Source of the DNA: the human T2T-CHM13v2.0 reference genome, Homo sapiens
Assembly (NCBI RefSeq): GCF_009914755.1
Contig: NC_060925.1
Direction: 5' to 3' (one strand)
DNA: 64,000 nt
How positions within the stretch are numbered: the first letter of the stretch is position 1; every line of letters starts with the position of its first letter. Positions 1 to 14,659 of this stretch are shown in pieces. The notes below the pieces were generated by a model. That model did no database searches. It saw only the letters and a list, made by a program, of their open reading frames with translations, and had not been told where the DNA came from. Made by a program: the position numbers and the translations under genes.

Positions 1-549
1 GAAAGCAAAACATTTCCCAAATGTTTTCCAGCAGATTTCCTTTCCCTGCAGAATAGATTCGGGGACCATGTTTTGCTTTCTGACCTTTGAGAAGCCCACC
101 ACCTCAGTTTCTTAGGCTCCATTCTAAGTCTCATTCTAAGTGTTAAAAGGAAGATAACTACTTTTAGAATATGTCAAAACACTGTTGGGAGGTCATTCAT
201 CCCAACAGTGAGGTTTAACTCTTGCCTTTGTGCTTGCAGACTTTAGAAAAATGAGACTGTGATGGAAAAGTCTCATTCTAAGTGTTAGTAGATATTTCTT
301 TAGTTCTTGAATTTCTGTGTTTGTGTTGGTTTAATTTTGAATGAAGTGAAGTGTGAGAACATTGTTATGAGCTGAACTTCTATCATGCTAATGAACCAAA
401 CTGAATTATGCAATTTTATTTATGTGACATTTCATGCTTATGATGTAATGATATAAAATAGGCTAATAATTGAGACCAACATTAGGATTATAAAGAAAAG
501 ATCTTTACAATCTTAAATAAAAACTTTTTCTTAAAAAAAACACATTTAG

Positions 550-1824
550 CACTTAAAATGTAATACCTGAAATTATGAAACTACTAGAAGCAAACATTGG
601 GGAAATGTTTCAGGACACCAGTCTGGGCAAATTTTTTTTTTGGGTAAGACCTCAAAAAGTACAGGCAACAAAAGCACAAATAGACAAATAAGATTATATC
701 AAGCTAAAAACTTCTGTACAGAAAGGGAAAGAACCAACAGAGTGAAGCGACAACTTACAAAATAAGAAAACATATTTTCAAACTCTCCATTTGATAAAGG
801 ATTAAGAACCAGAATATATAAGGGACTCAACTCAATAGCAAAAAACAAATAATTCAATAGAAAAATGAGCCAATGATCTGAATAGACATTTATCAAAAGA
901 AGACATACAAAGGGCCAACAGACAGGAAAAAGTGTTCAACATTACTAATCATCAGGAAATGCAAATCAAAACTACATGGAGATATCTTCTCACCCAAGTT
1001 AAAATGTTCATTATCAAAAAGGTAAAAAAAAAAAATACCTAAACAGATGCTGAAGGGGATCTAGAGAATGGGGAATGCCAGTCCACTGGTAGTGGGACTG
1101 TAAATTAGTACGGCTACTATGGAAAACAGTATGGTGTTTCCCCACAAAAATTAAAAGTATAACTGCCACGTAATCTTAGCAATTTCACAGCTTGGTACAT
1201 ATCTTAAAAAAGGTAATATACCTAAGAGATATTTGCATACTCATGTTTATTGCAGCACTATTCATAACAGTGAAGATATGAAATCAACCTAAGTGTTTGT
1301 CAATAGATATGTGAATAAAGAAAATGTCTGTATACACAAGGCAATACTATCCAGCCATAGAAAGAAAATAAAATCTGTCATTTGCAGCAACATGGGTGGA
1401 ACTGGAAGTCATGTTAAGTGAAATAAGCCAGACATAGACAAATATCCTATATTTTTACTCACATGTAGGAGCTATGAAAGCTGATCTCATAGAGGCAGAG
1501 AGTGGAATGCTGGTTACCAGAGGCTGGGGAGGGTAGAGGGCAGGGGATGAAGGGAGGTTGGTTAATGGGCACAAAAATACAATTAGAAGAAATAACTTCT
1601 AGTGTTTGATAGCACAGGATCGTGGCTATAGTTAATAATTTATCATATATTTCAAAATAGCTGGAAAAAAATGATTTGAAATGCTCCCAACACAAAGAAA
1701 TGATAAATGCTTGAGGTGAAGAATAGCTTAATTGCCCTGATTTGATCATTACACATTGTATACATGTATCAAATGATCACATGTACCCCATAATATGTAT
1801 AATTATTATGTATCAGTAAAAAAT
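550..1824 (+). mobile_element. L1MA-type LINE-1 3' fragment (end of ORF2 + 3'UTR)
   Basis: Degenerate ORF2 end (gaaactactagaagcaaacattgggg..., atgcaaatcaaaact) and L1MA-type 3'UTR (gatttgatcattacacattgtatacatgtatcaaa...aattattatgtatcagtaaaaaa). Confidence 0.9.
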
Positions 1825-2489
1825 GTGGCTTTATTTTTTGTGATTTTTTAAATGCAGATTTTTAAATTTGGTTTTATGTTCTTGTGTTGGGTGTTGACAA
1901 GAGTAGAAATGAGAAGGAGGTGGCTTAGTGAAGGTTAGTATAGAGGAAGAAATGGTTTCTAAAAAATTTCTAGCAAGAACTCTTTTTGCTGGGTTTGGAA
2001 AAAATAACAATGTTGCCATTATATTTACCTGAAGTTAGGTGATTGACCCTTCAACATTGTGTACCAGAGCCTTAAATTATTACCAGAGCCAAGGAAATCT
2101 GTATTTGGCAAGATGAGAGGTATTGTCTAGTGGGTGCCAGGATAAGAAAACTGAGTAATTATCTTCATAAGACACCATGGAAAACAAGTCAAAATTTAGA
2201 CAGGCATGACAAAGTGAGAAAACTCATGTAAAATGAATTCTAGAAGTCATTTTAGGATGTAAGAGACAGTTATACAACAGAAGACAGATTAGCAGCCCAA
2301 ACATATAGGTAGATAAGGAATTGAGTGATGTCACCAGTTTTCCGAATGTTAATGTAATTCTCATGCAAAAACTGTGGGTGTATGAGAAAATTGATAGCTA
2401 TAACTCAGTTTTGAGTAGATATGCATATTCTGGAGGTTGTAAGGAATAGGTTTTGTTCTAAAAATATAAACTGAAGCAAAATAATTGTA

Positions 2490-2590
2490 ATTATTTCCCA
2501 ACATAAATGTACATCAAATCATATTGTACACTTTGAATATATATATAATTTTTGTCAATTTATATTATACCTCAATAATACTGGGGAAGA
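2490..2590 (+). mobile_element. L1M 3'-terminal fragment
   Basis: ttgtcaatt...tatacctcaataatactgggga resembles the L1MB/MC terminus. Confidence 0.55.
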
Positions 2591-3229
2591 AGAAGGAACT
2601 TCAATAGGAAAAAATAGTATCATAAAAGAAAATATAGGATGAAGATTTCTCTCCTTCCCATCTCTTTATTTTCATATCCTAATTATTTTCTGGTATCAGA
2701 AACAGAAACAAAATGAAGAGGTGACTTAGATTCTGGAGTATGTCATATGGTATTGTTATAGAAGTAACTATAATCTTATCAAGTTGCTCAAGTTTACAAA
2801 ATCAAGTAGCACTAATATTCTCTAACAAAATATAATAGAATTCAAAAGGAAGCATTTGAGTTAAATATATAGTAATATATAACATGGAAATATAAATCAG
2901 ATTTTGCTTTTATGGAAATGTTATGTCAACATATTTATAAGAACTAGATGCCTATGTTTGGCCTGATAATTCATTATGGACTTGGTGAAATAAAAGAGCT
3001 GATGACTTCTGCTGTGAAGAAGCTTACAGCTGAGGAGGAGAGATGCAGTCAATTGACAACTCTGAAGTAACCTGTTAAGTTGTAAAGCACAAGTTCTGGC
3101 TTCTATAAACTCAGTTTCCTGTGTGTAGGCCTTGCTCTGAAAGGTTCCATTTAGACTGTAAATTACATTACTCTTGAAAGAAAGGCAGAGTATCAAGTAT
3201 ATTAATCTCCCAGAAAGCATCTTGGGCCT

Positions 3230-4090
3230 ATGCATGATGAACAATAATGGAGTAAGTAGAAAGTCACAAGCGATATAGTATCTGAAAATTTCTAAAAGCC
3301 AGAGGGAGAAACAGGCTAGAGGTGTGGTTGTATATTTTAAGAGGGCAGATTTTGATGGTTTTAGAAAAACATTGGTAAAGACTCTAGATAAGCTCTTAAG
3401 ACTAAAATTTTAATAAATATATTACAAATTAATTAGATGAGAGAAAGACATTTGGTGAAACTCATTTAACAGAGTAGATAATTTCTTTGCATAGCGATGT
3501 CATGCAATATTGAAGAGGTGGCATTTGGGTGGCTCTAATATATATTCTAAGAATGATATCATTAAGGTAAAGACTAAATTTTTAAGTGGAAAGAAGCTTA
3601 TAAAAATGTTAAAAACAATAAAATAGATTAAAAAAATTTTTCACTATCAAAGAGAAAATAAGGACAAGCAAGACCATGGCTAGAAATAATAACAGCATAT
3701 GAAGAGTTGATAGTGAGAAAGGATACCTACTAAACTCTTAGGTTGCTTCAGTTTGTTCTATTGTGGCAACTGATTGTCAAATTGTTAAGGCCAGGAGTAT
3801 TACTGATAAGATGAAAATAAGGTCCAAAATAGTTGAGAAGAGTGGGAGGACTTACAGAACTTTATGTGGACTCATTTCTTCTAAAGGGAGTGGGTGCTAT
3901 CACCAAGCACACAGAGAACCTGGAGATGAAATTGGTGAACTGCTATCAGTTATTTTGGTGGGATGGTGATAAATAAAAGGAGCTCCAGATTAGAGATGGA
4001 TCACAATTTTACTGGCTTAAATATGTGTGTAAACTTTCCATAAAGACTGAGTGCAATATAGAGTTGTTAAAGATAATTTGTGAGTTTTCA
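3230..4090 (+). mobile_element. L3/CR1 LINE, degraded ORF2 fragment (boundaries approximate)
   Basis: ttttaagagggcagattttgatggttttagaaaa and agagaacctggagatgaaattggtgaactgctatcagttatttt resemble CR1 ORF2 segments upstream of the RT domain. Confidence 0.5.
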
Positions 4091-5456
4091 AAAAAAGTAT
4101 CGATTTCTTATTTAAAAATGGCAGTCTGAGTTCAAATAATACATTTCTTTGTTTTTGAAATCTTTAGTAAAATGACGAGAGGGATATATTAAAAGAGGAG
4201 ACTCAATATTACTGCTAGACCATAATGTAGAGTGTCATCTACATGTAAGAAACTTTGAGGAATTCTTCAATATGCAGTGCAGGAAGGTTCACATTGAGGG
4301 AAAGATCAAACATGCATAATTGTTAACGTGTAAAAAGGAAAGTTATCCTAGAAGAACACCCCAGAATAAACCTAACAATTCTGCCTAGTAAGGGAGGCAG
4401 GAAAGAAAGTACATATAAGGGAAGGTCAGGACAAAAATAATTGAGCAATTATCCATCCTGCTATGATCTGTAGCATGTATCAACTGGTGGAGCCCACAGG
4501 TGAGAAACCGACATTACCTAAGTAAAGTGATGGCACTCTAAATTAGGTAAAAAAGGTAAAATTATGCATTATAGCTGCTTCCACTTTAGCTACTTCTCCA
4601 GAATGCTGCATCTTCATTAGTTAACTTTAAACTGCAGTAATCTGTATTTTTCCCTTATTCTTTCATCTGGACCTGAAATCTTTGATTAGAGACCACACAT
4701 TGTCAAGTGTACACCCAGGAAAGTACACTGTTTTTTGATATACGACAAAAATTTTAAAAAAAACCCTTAGTCTGTAAGATAAGCAGTGAGAAAAAAATGT
4801 GGAATGTCTAAAAATATTGAACGCTTCACAATATTGGCAAGTTTTAAGAAATAAACTTGTTTCTCTTTTATAGAAGTGAAGACGATGAGGCAGTGACAAC
4901 TTCAGCTATAGATGCTTTGGGATATTATTTCTTCTCTCAGCTAGGATAGTTCAATTTACATTCAGGATTATTAACATAAACAAACTGGAAAGCTGGAGAG
5001 GCCAGAATTAGAAATGATTTTCTTCTGTTGTTTGGTACCAGCAAGTCTCTGTTATGGTCTTTAGAGACATTTGTAAGTACTCATTCTGGGAACATAGCTT
5101 TCCAGAACTAATTGCTGTAGAACCAGAAATGGCATGTTTTCTAAGCTTTTGGCATGATGGGTCAGTGCTATGATCTTTATAGTGTAAGCATGGCATGGAA
5201 CCAATTCAGTTACTGAGTTGCTAAAGAACTACGCCCATTCCAATGAGAGGCATCTCAGGATATAGCTACTAAAAACAATTAATTCTGCCTGGTATCAAGA
5301 GCTCCACCAAAAGTGGGCAGAAAGAAAATATTTGGGAGCAAAAATTGTGGCCTTTATTTAGACTTTATTTTGTTTATTCTATTCTTGTATCATTATTGTC
5401 TGTTAGGTATGTAGGCAGCACATAACTTGTCACTCAGTTCATATCAGTTTACGTGG

Positions 5457-5762
5457 TTTTTTGTTTGTTTTTTGTTTTTTATTGTAGAGACAAGGTCTTG
5501 CTCTGTCACCCAGGCTGGAATGCAGTGGCACAATCATGGCTCACTGAAGCCTTTTACAACTAGGCTCAAGTGACCCTGCCATCTCAGCCTCCTGAGTAGC
5601 TAGTAGCTAAGACTATAAGTGCGTGCCACCATACCCTGATAATTTTATTTTTGTAGAGACAGGATCTCACTATGTTGCCAAGGCTGGTCTCAAACACCTG
5701 GCTTTAATCTGCCTTGGCTTCCCAAAGTGGTGGGATTACAGGTGCAACCACCACATCCAGCC
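5457..5762 (-). mobile_element. AluJ
   Basis: Antisense Alu with degenerate T tail and J-type features (caatcatggctcactg, ctcactatgttgcc). Confidence 0.9.
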
Positions 5763-5851
5763 TACAGGTCTTTGATTTGGGAGGAAACAAACTCCAGGAG
5801 AAAATGCAGAAGTCTCATTTCTATACCTGGTCCTGAATTACACGATGAGAT

Positions 5852-6299
5852 TGCAACCAAACCCAGGTTCAATTGCTCATGGCTCCAAAGCCAGACTAGA
5901 AAGACAAGAGGTGATGAGAGGAAAAGCAGGTTTATTCAGGAGCCAGCAAACTGAGGAGATGGCAAACTAGTGTCACAAAGACTATCTCAGGTTCTTCAGG
6001 CTGGCCAAAGGAGTTTTAAAGGAAAAGGGACTTGGGAAACTATGTGCAGGTCAGCATGTCTTGTTCCAATGATTATCTTAAGCAATAGGCCTCCTGGTGG
6101 TCTGACTGGCATCAGCTAAACTGCAGCCAGATTATAGATTAACTGATTACAGATTAACATTTACTTCCAGGGGTACGCTGGGGAATGTTTTACAACCTTG
6201 GTTTTATCTCAAGTTTCCTGAATATTTAAGCAAACACATGGGCGTTGTAAAAAAAAAACTACCATTTACTTATATAAGGGAGTGACTGCTTCAGTTGCA
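5852..6299 (-). mobile_element. ERV1-class solo LTR (family not resolved)
   Basis: TG...CA termini (tgcaacc...cagttgca), 4-bp TSD agat/agac, antisense polyA signal tttatt near 5931. Confidence 0.7.
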
Positions 6300-6418
6300 A
6301 GACTTTGGACCTTAAGCCTGAACCTGAGGTGGCAATGGGATGAGGCTTTGGGGATTTGGGGAGGGGATGACTATGTTTTGCAAGTGGAGAAAATGCAGAT
6401 TGTGTCCAGAGGGTAGAC

Positions 6419-6732
6419 TGTGGCAGATTAATGATGACATTCTTTGATATTCCTCTCATTAAAATATGGATCTTGTGTCTCCTCTCCTTCATTTGATCCA
6501 GGCTGGGCTAGGACTCTGTTACCAGTACTATATGGTGAACTGATACTAGGTCAGTTCCAGGTCTAGCTTTTAAGAGTTCTGGAAGTTTCTGTGTCTTTCC
6601 TCTTGGGACCCTGAGCTGTTATGTAACCAGTTCAACTATCTTGCTATAGAGACCATGCAGAGAAGACTTGAGACTACACAGACAGGGAGAAGAACCTGGC
6701 TGAGCCCTGCCTTCCGACTGTCTTTGCCCAGT
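6419..6732 (+). mobile_element. MLT1 (G/H-like) LTR, partial
   Basis: Starts tgtggcag right after the int purine tract; MLT1G/H-like body. Confidence 0.7.
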
Positions 6733-6783
6733 CTAGAATGCAGTCCTGGGAAAATCTACATGCAGCTAGGGTAGAGTAATGAC

Positions 6784-7138
6784 TGCTGTAGACAGAATGT
6801 TTGTGTCCCCCAAATTCAAATGTTGAAGCCCCAGTCCCTGATGTATTTGGAGGCAGAGCATTTGGGAGGTAATTAGGTCATGACAACATGATCCATATAA
6901 ATGGGAATAATGCCTTTATAAGAAGAAACACAAGAAAATGATCACTCTCTCTCCCATGTGAGGATACAGAAAAAAAGGTGATCCTCTGAAAACCAGGAGT
7001 GGGGGGGCTTCACCAGATACCAAATCTCCTGGCACCTTAATCTTGGACTTCTCAGCCTTTGAGACTGTAAGAGGGAAATGTTTGTTGTGTAAGCCACCCA
7101 GGCTATGGTATTTTGTTGAATAAGACGATGACTCTACA
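6784..7138 (+). mobile_element. MLT1A-type LTR
   Basis: gaatgtttgtgtcccccaaattc...ggcaccttaatcttggacttctcagcc...taagccacccaggctatggtattttg. Confidence 0.85.
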
Positions 7139-7779
7139 AGATTCCTCACCTTCACCCTAACCTCACCATACCATCCCTGTTTGACTAAAGGCATAATAGT
7201 TAAGTCTAATGTGTTCAGAAAATAATTTGAGGGAATATTGATGGTACTCTCATTCTGATTTCTTTGGGGGCAATATCTTCCTTAACACTCCCTGGCTTTT
7301 CTTCACCTCACACTCTAATTGGAAATTTTGGTGAGACGAACTTTGTTTGTGTGGTTCACCCTTTTCTGCCTCTCATTATTTTGTATAACAGCTGCCTGTA
7401 GGGAGCACAAAATTGGTTGGTTCTCTATACCATGAGTGGGAGACCTCAGTTTGTTCTTCTAGTTGAGAATTCTAATCCTGGGATTCTGTGTTGAAACCCA
7501 TTGCTGGTACATGAATAAGCCACATCCTCTTCTTTAGCTTTTATCAGTTATGAAGGTGATGTTTTGATCTCTAATTGCTTGATTTATTATGTGTTTCTCT
7601 CAATTGATCCTAAACTTTTGAGGAGAAAAGTGTGTTATTTATTGGTAGCTTCAAACTGAAATATCTACGTGCTTTTGTCAGGGCCCACCTGCTTAAATAC
7701 TAAAGTCAAAATAAATAAAGGTACACGAGGAAGGTGGGGTTTAGAAACAGCATATGAGAAAAAGACATGGATCTTTCAC

Positions 7780-8350
7780 TTATTTAAATTATGTGCTCTC
7801 AGTAATGCTGTTGCAATTTTAGCCTATTAGTAGAAGTAAATCATCTAGAAAATATTCTTTGTGCTAGTCAGTTCATAGTGGAACTATTTTTGCTAAACTC
7901 ACAGGTGATATACTCTAAGGGGTGATTGGTTAAATGAATAGATTTAAAAGAAAGTGACTTGGATAATGCAAGATAAACATTTTGGCTATTGAAGAATGAT
8001 TGAGAAAGTTTGAGATGCTTAGCTTTGAGAAGGGCAGACTCATGGGGATATGAAAATTTTCTTCTGATACTGCAGGTTTGTCATGTGAAAGAAGAATAGA
8101 CCTTGTTCAAGCAGTCCCTGACTCTGTTTGCAAGTTTCAAGGAAGCAGATCTGGCTCAAATCTCTCATTTTTCATAAAATGAGAAGAGTATCCTTGGGAG
8201 ATGGTGAAAAATCTCCAGAGGTTTTCAAGCATTGATTAAGCAACTGTTTGCAAGCAATATTTTAGAGGGCATTCAAGTACCAGATAGCCACTTGGAAATC
8301 TCTAAAATCTCTTCAAACCCTGAACTTTTTAATCTTTTAATTCTATGATT
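7780..8350 (+). mobile_element. L3/CR1 3' end
   Basis: gatgcttagctttgagaagggcagactcatggggatatg...gtcatgtgaaagaagaatagacc...ttctatga follows the L3 3' terminus. Confidence 0.75.
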
Positions 8351-8979
8351 TAGACTATGTGATACAGTCTAGGGTGCTGTGGAAATGCAGGCATAGCACA
8401 TATCAAGATAGTGAGTAATGCTAATGGAGGTTTCCTCAGCTATCCCAAGGAGAGGACTCACGATGGAACATTACCTTTGACATCCACCCTAGTCTAAGCC
8501 TCAGTTCTGCATAGCAGGAAACATGATTTTATCATTCTGTCAGGGTATATCAGACTCAAAAGAGCTTACGCACTCTAATGAAGTTGACATGAGACTGATA
8601 TATGCAACCTGAATGCCAATTTATTCATTTATGAATAGAAATAAACCTGTTAATGGAATTTATATTCCATTCCTCTGGCCAAAATTTCTCCTTGTATACA
8701 CAATACGATAGAAGCCAAATTAAAGTAAGACTACTGTTTGGTGAGCATGGGATAGAAGGAAATGAGATAACTCTAGGAAGTTAAGGTTTGATCATTCAAA
8801 CCATCAGCTTGATTATCCTTCTGTATAATAGTGGTATAAACTGCCTCCTGGATATAGCAGGTCTTCTTGTATTATTGCAGCCTTTCCCTTAGTCTGCATT
8901 TACTGGAACTGCCCGTGCTTCTCATTCAGCTATTCTTTTTCCTAGGCTTCCTGGAATGAGCAGTTGCTTTTATCTTTCC

Positions 8980-9215
8980 TTAATGGTTAAGAATACAGGC
9001 TGTCTGTGTACTAACCCAGGCTCTAACACTTACTGCTGAGGTTTCTTGGGCAAGTTGCTTAACATTTTTATTGTTGTCACATCTATAAAGGCATAATAAT
9101 AGGGTCCATCTCTCAGGATTGTTGTAATGATTAAATGAGAGAATATGTATAAAAGAGCTTCGAATAATTCCTGTCATACATTAAGCACTCAAATATTAGT
9201 GATCATTATTATTAA
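8980..9215 (+). mobile_element. MIR
   Basis: aatggttaagaatacaggc...ttgggcaagttgcttaac...caggattgttgtaatgattaaatgag...aagcactcaaatattag. Confidence 0.85.
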
Positions 9216-10109
9216 CATTATTATTACTGAAATTTCAGCCAAGTTACAGTTAAGTGATTTTGTTCTGAGGGACATAGGGTTTATTTTGCAAAAATATTTT
9301 GTGTTTTTGTGGATATTTTGATTTAGTTTTGCATGATAAAGTTACTGGCTTTATTTCAGTATTCTTGAAGGGCATTTCACTATTTCTTACCCACCTACAC
9401 ATATACCAACATCAGGTGTACAGGTAGTCAGAGAAAGAGAAAATGTTACTGTAGGCTATAATTTGTCGAGGGAAATTGCAAGATTAAATAAATGTTAAAT
9501 TTATGGCAGAATTGGAAAATATCAAACAAGTCATGTAAAGTGCATCAAACTTTCTTTTAAAAGCATTTTGAACAGAACAAAAGATAAAATTTTATGACAT
9601 TGAATTTTTCTTTAAACAGTAATGCTATATCTGGAAATATTTTAGTTGGAAAGTGAGGTTCCTTTGGTGATCATTTCTCATTTAGCCCAACTGATTAAAT
9701 AAATATCAAATTAAACAAAAATCCAATAAAGAGTTTCTATAACCAGATTATTTTATATTCTACCTGATAGGTGAGGCACTGGCCACTGACTTTGCCAACT
9801 TATTTGCCTATAGGTGTGATCCTCCCATCTAATGTGAATGGCATGACTACTTATTTACTATGCTGTATATATATAAATATATATATGAATATGTATAGGA
9901 TATATATTCAATATATAAGTTAGTCCTGGCTTTTGACAAGAGAGAGAACCAAAAGAGATGCAAGAAATAAAAGAAATTCTATTTGGAGTGAAGTTGAATT
10001 CTGGTTTTTTTTTTTTTTTTTTTTTTTTAGAAGCAGGAATTTGGTTAATACAGAATAGTAGTCAGATTACAGAAGTCTTAGTCTTAGATATTTCTTAGGA
10101 CTCATCTTC

Positions 10110-10830
<721 letters not shown>

Positions 10831-12247
10831 TTGGCAGGAAAATAGAAGTCACACTCTATTAGGTGCCAAGACTTTCCAGTTGCACATGGATTTCCTGGCA
10901 GGGACTGGTGAGGGTGCTATACAACACACTGCATTGTTCACTGTACAGATGGGAGTAAGGAAAATTTGAGTGCAGACAGGAGTAGGTATTTCGGTAGAAA
11001 GTTTAATACTGATGATTTCTATATTTTTTGGGAAATAAGTTCATCAAAAAAGCCTACAAAGTATGTAGATTTCAGTCTAGTTGACAGAAGGCTGGAAATA
11101 GTTGATGTGAAGAATGGAAGAGATTTGACTGACAGGATATATTACAGTTGAGGTTTGTAATCATAAATTTAGAGTGACACTCATCTGTTACTCTAAACTT
11201 GAACATCAGATTACTGGTATGGCCTGCAGACCCCTCCATGATCCTAACACAAGTAACACCTTCAACTTTTTCTGTTTTATTTTCAGATACAGCTACACAT
11301 AGTTATTGCTGTTCCATAATATTTCCTATCAGAATCATACGTGCATGCCCTTAGCCCCTTTTTTTTTTGTCAGTTTCTTTTCTTTCTATTGAGAATTTAT
11401 CCCCGAAGATCTCTCATGTATAGTTATCTCAGACAAGCTATTTTTAAATTAGTTACTTCTTTTTCCATGTTTCCACAGAATGGCTTATTTATATTTAGTT
11501 TATTTCTTTCTTGCATCTCTTACACTTAGTAGTCTACATGTCTGTCACACCAGATAGACTGTAAGACCTAATAAGGGAAGGATTTGATCACGTTGACTTT
11601 TAGATATCTCTTGCATCTAGTCCATTGCATTGCACAAAATGGAAAGATGATAAATGTTTTTAAAATTGAGTTGGTGACAGCTTGCTGTTACATTTATGTT
11701 TTACAGTTCATAGAGGATGATAAATCTACTGACACAAAATTGTTACAGCTATTTGTTTTTCTAGTAAAAGAGATAGATTAATAACAAGCAATCTCTTCTA
11801 TCTTGCCAACTATTCTTTGACCATATTTTGACAATGCAAACTAATAGTCTTGAAACACAACTGGCTTATATATGAATTTAATTTGTGCCTTATTACTGTA
11901 ATAATATTTTCAAGACAGTTAACTTGTTGCTAGCAATATTGTCTCCAAAGATTGGCATTGCTTATTATTATGAATACATTGTTGCATTTTTTTCTAAATA
12001 ATTGCTTAATGAAAGGCCATTTTTTTAACTTAAGCCTGTATCCATACACTTGAAATCACTTACTGAATGCTCTCTTTGTATAATACCTACCTCTGTGTTG
12101 TGGGGAGGAGTACAGCAGTGAGTGTAATACATGAATCCTGGCCTCTGGGGGTTTATGTTCTTAAACACATAGAACGACAAAGACTGATATCACAGGGATT
12201 ATGTATGTGCCAAATGACATAAAGAGATTCTTTCATGATGACTCTAA

Positions 12248-12598
12248 AAATGTTGAACTTACAGGAGTAGAGAGTAGAATGGTGGTTACCAGAGGCTGAG
12301 GGTTGGGGTGGGGAATGGGGAGAAGGTGATGAAAGTATAAAAAGTTTCCGTTAGAAAAAAGAAATAAGCTTTCAAGATCTGTTGCACAGCCCGGTGAACA
12401 GAGTTAATCATAGTGTATTGCATATTTTAAAATATTAAAAGACCAGATTTTAAATGTTCTCACTACAAAAGAAAAGTATTTGGGGTGATAGATATGTTAA
12501 TTAGCATGATTTAATCATCCTACAATGTGTACATATATTAAAACATCACATAGCATTCCATAAATATATAGAATTATTGTATGTTAATGAAAAATTTT
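12248..12598 (+). mobile_element. L1MA-type 3'UTR fragment
   Basis: agtagagagtagaatggtggttaccagaggctg...gatctgttgcacagc...ggtgatagatatgttaattagc. Confidence 0.85.
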
Positions 12599-12763
12599 AC
12601 TTATCTTAATTTATCAAGATGTACCCTACATGTCATTATTCCTGGAAGGCAGATTCTGGTTTCTATTTGTATTGACCCAACCATCATATGCCATCTCCAG
12701 ATTTTTTAGTTTCTAGCAAGCTAAATGTATTGATAAAGGCATTTGTAGCTACTTAAAAATGGA

Positions 12764-12765
<2 letters not shown>

Positions 12766-12811
<46 letters not shown>
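12766..12811. repeat. (CA)n microsatellite
   Basis: Direct reading. Confidence 0.97.
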
Positions 12812-13187
12812 ATACTTTTCTTCATTCTTCATTTGGAATTCACTCATAAGGGAAAATGTTCAATTAAACAAAACTTGTAGAGAACTAAGAAAAATTCTAA
12901 GAAAAGCAACTGTTTTTCTTAGAGGACAATTAAAAACCTAAAAATTTATCTCATTAAATGAATGTGTTAAATTTAAAAATAGATTCCATTTGTTATTTGG
13001 GAAATAGTTGCTTCTGGATATTAATGTTTAATGGCTAATGAATAAGTACCTGAAACCTATTAAAAGCATTCTTTTGAGACCTGAATTATTATGTAAAACA
13101 AAAGTAAGCAGAAAGTTTGGGTAATATTTAGTGTGCTTGATAGTATTCTCTTGAAAATAGTAAAAGGCAATTTCTATCTCACAATGT

Positions 13188-13470
13188 GTTCATTCACAAA
13201 TGTTTTCTCAGGGCCGAGCAAAGTCTTGGTCTCACAGAATTTAACTGTGAATAGCCTCAGAATTTTCCTACCTCCCGAGAGCCTGCATTCTAGTGGCAGA
13301 AGATGGTGTAATTACAGACTACATAAATGCTCTCAGTAAAATAAGTATGATTATGCAGTTGAATGTAATGAGGAGGCCTAATCTGATAGGATTGTCGTTT
13401 AGCCACAAGCCAAGACCTAAAGGTTGAGAAAGAGCCAGCCATGCAAACAATGAGGGAAAAACAATCCTGT
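13188..13470 (-). mobile_element. L2 3' fragment
   Basis: ttcattcacaaatgttt...gagcctgcattctagtgg...gacctaaaggttgagaaagagccagccatgcaaa. Confidence 0.6.
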
Positions 13471-14099
13471 CGTAAAGTAGCTTTCTCTGCTTCACAGTAG
13501 AGTTTATTCAGCTAGATCCAGAAATGTACATGCAAAAGGGTATTTATGTTCTTATTAGAAAGTAGAAATCACATTTCATTATATACCTATCTTTACTTGG
13601 TATGAACACGTTTTTTCAAATGATCATATGCTTAATAAGGTGAAAAATATGCATTTTTAAATGAAGAGTAATTTGCATTAAAATAAAATGGAGCTTGTAA
13701 AGTTCAGTTGCCTATAATCTCACCAAGACATTCTAACATGTACTTTTATTGAGTCTCAATGTGTTACAGCATGACTGCATTAAGCAGCACACCCTCAATG
13801 AAGAAAAAAGGAAACCTTTGAAAAACACATCCAGAAAGATGCTTTATGTAAATGTAATGACAATACAAAGTAAGTTAATGATGGAATTTGGAAAAGAATA
13901 TTCATTGAAAATAGTTTTTTCTTAATTATGCATTTTTCCATATTGTGTACTTCTGAATATTGTATTGGGCCAACATTGCACAATATGAGTTTTAGTTTCA
14001 ACTATGTTCTTCAGTCTCTACACCACAATAGAATTATTTAGAAAAATGAGAAAAGAATTTTGCTAACTGTGATTAGGTTTCTGAGAAAGTGTCTGCCCA

Positions 14100-14230
14100 G
14101 TGTTTCTCATTGTGACATTTTGTGATATACTTCTGGACAAGATGGTGAAATACAGGCTGGTTAATGGTTAATACCGTTAGGCAGATATAACTGATGAAAT
14201 CACCATACATCAGATTCATATTTATTACAT
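14100..14230 (+). mobile_element. L3/CR1 RT-region fragment
   Basis: ggacaagatggtgaaatacaggctgg...ccgttaggcagatataactg resembles CR1 RT sequence. Confidence 0.45.
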
Positions 14231-14659
14231 TGTTGTCTCTTTTGAGAACTATTTAAAAATTGTTGCAAGTCTCAGAGAAATAGAGTTATCTAATTATTTT
14301 TGAACACGTAGATATTTGGTTCCTTTGATTTAAAGACACACACATATACATATAGAGTGTTTGCAATGATCAAGGCACCTTTGTACAATATTTCAAGTCA
14401 ATATAATCTATTATATAATTTAATCTCCACAACAAATGGATGAGATAAACACATTTTATACTTATTTTGCTAAATCACTAGATTCGGGTAATCTTCCCAC
14501 AGCTGTGTCTGTGGATTTTTTAAAAATAAATACAAAGGTTTAAGGAGGAACAGTCCACTTTGAATTAATTCCTTATATAGCTTCTGAAGACATGCCTCTG
14601 AATTCTTCCTTCTTGATGTGACTTAGATACATTTTCTAACCTCTTAAATAAATATTTTC

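Larger units (their letters stand above)
5340..6418 (+). mobile_element. MLT1 internal-region 3' end, interrupted by an Alu and an ERV1 LTR (may extend further left)
   Basis: ataacttgtc...ggtcctgaattacacgatgagat|...|actttggac...gggatgaggctttgggg...ccagagggtagac directly abutting an MLT1 LTR. Confidence 0.7.

Noticed and set aside
11262-11330. Strong-looking splice acceptor ttttttctgttttattttcag
   Set aside because: No convincing donor or reading frame follows. Similar T-run-AG sites near 10030 and 38220 are simple poly(T) tracts.
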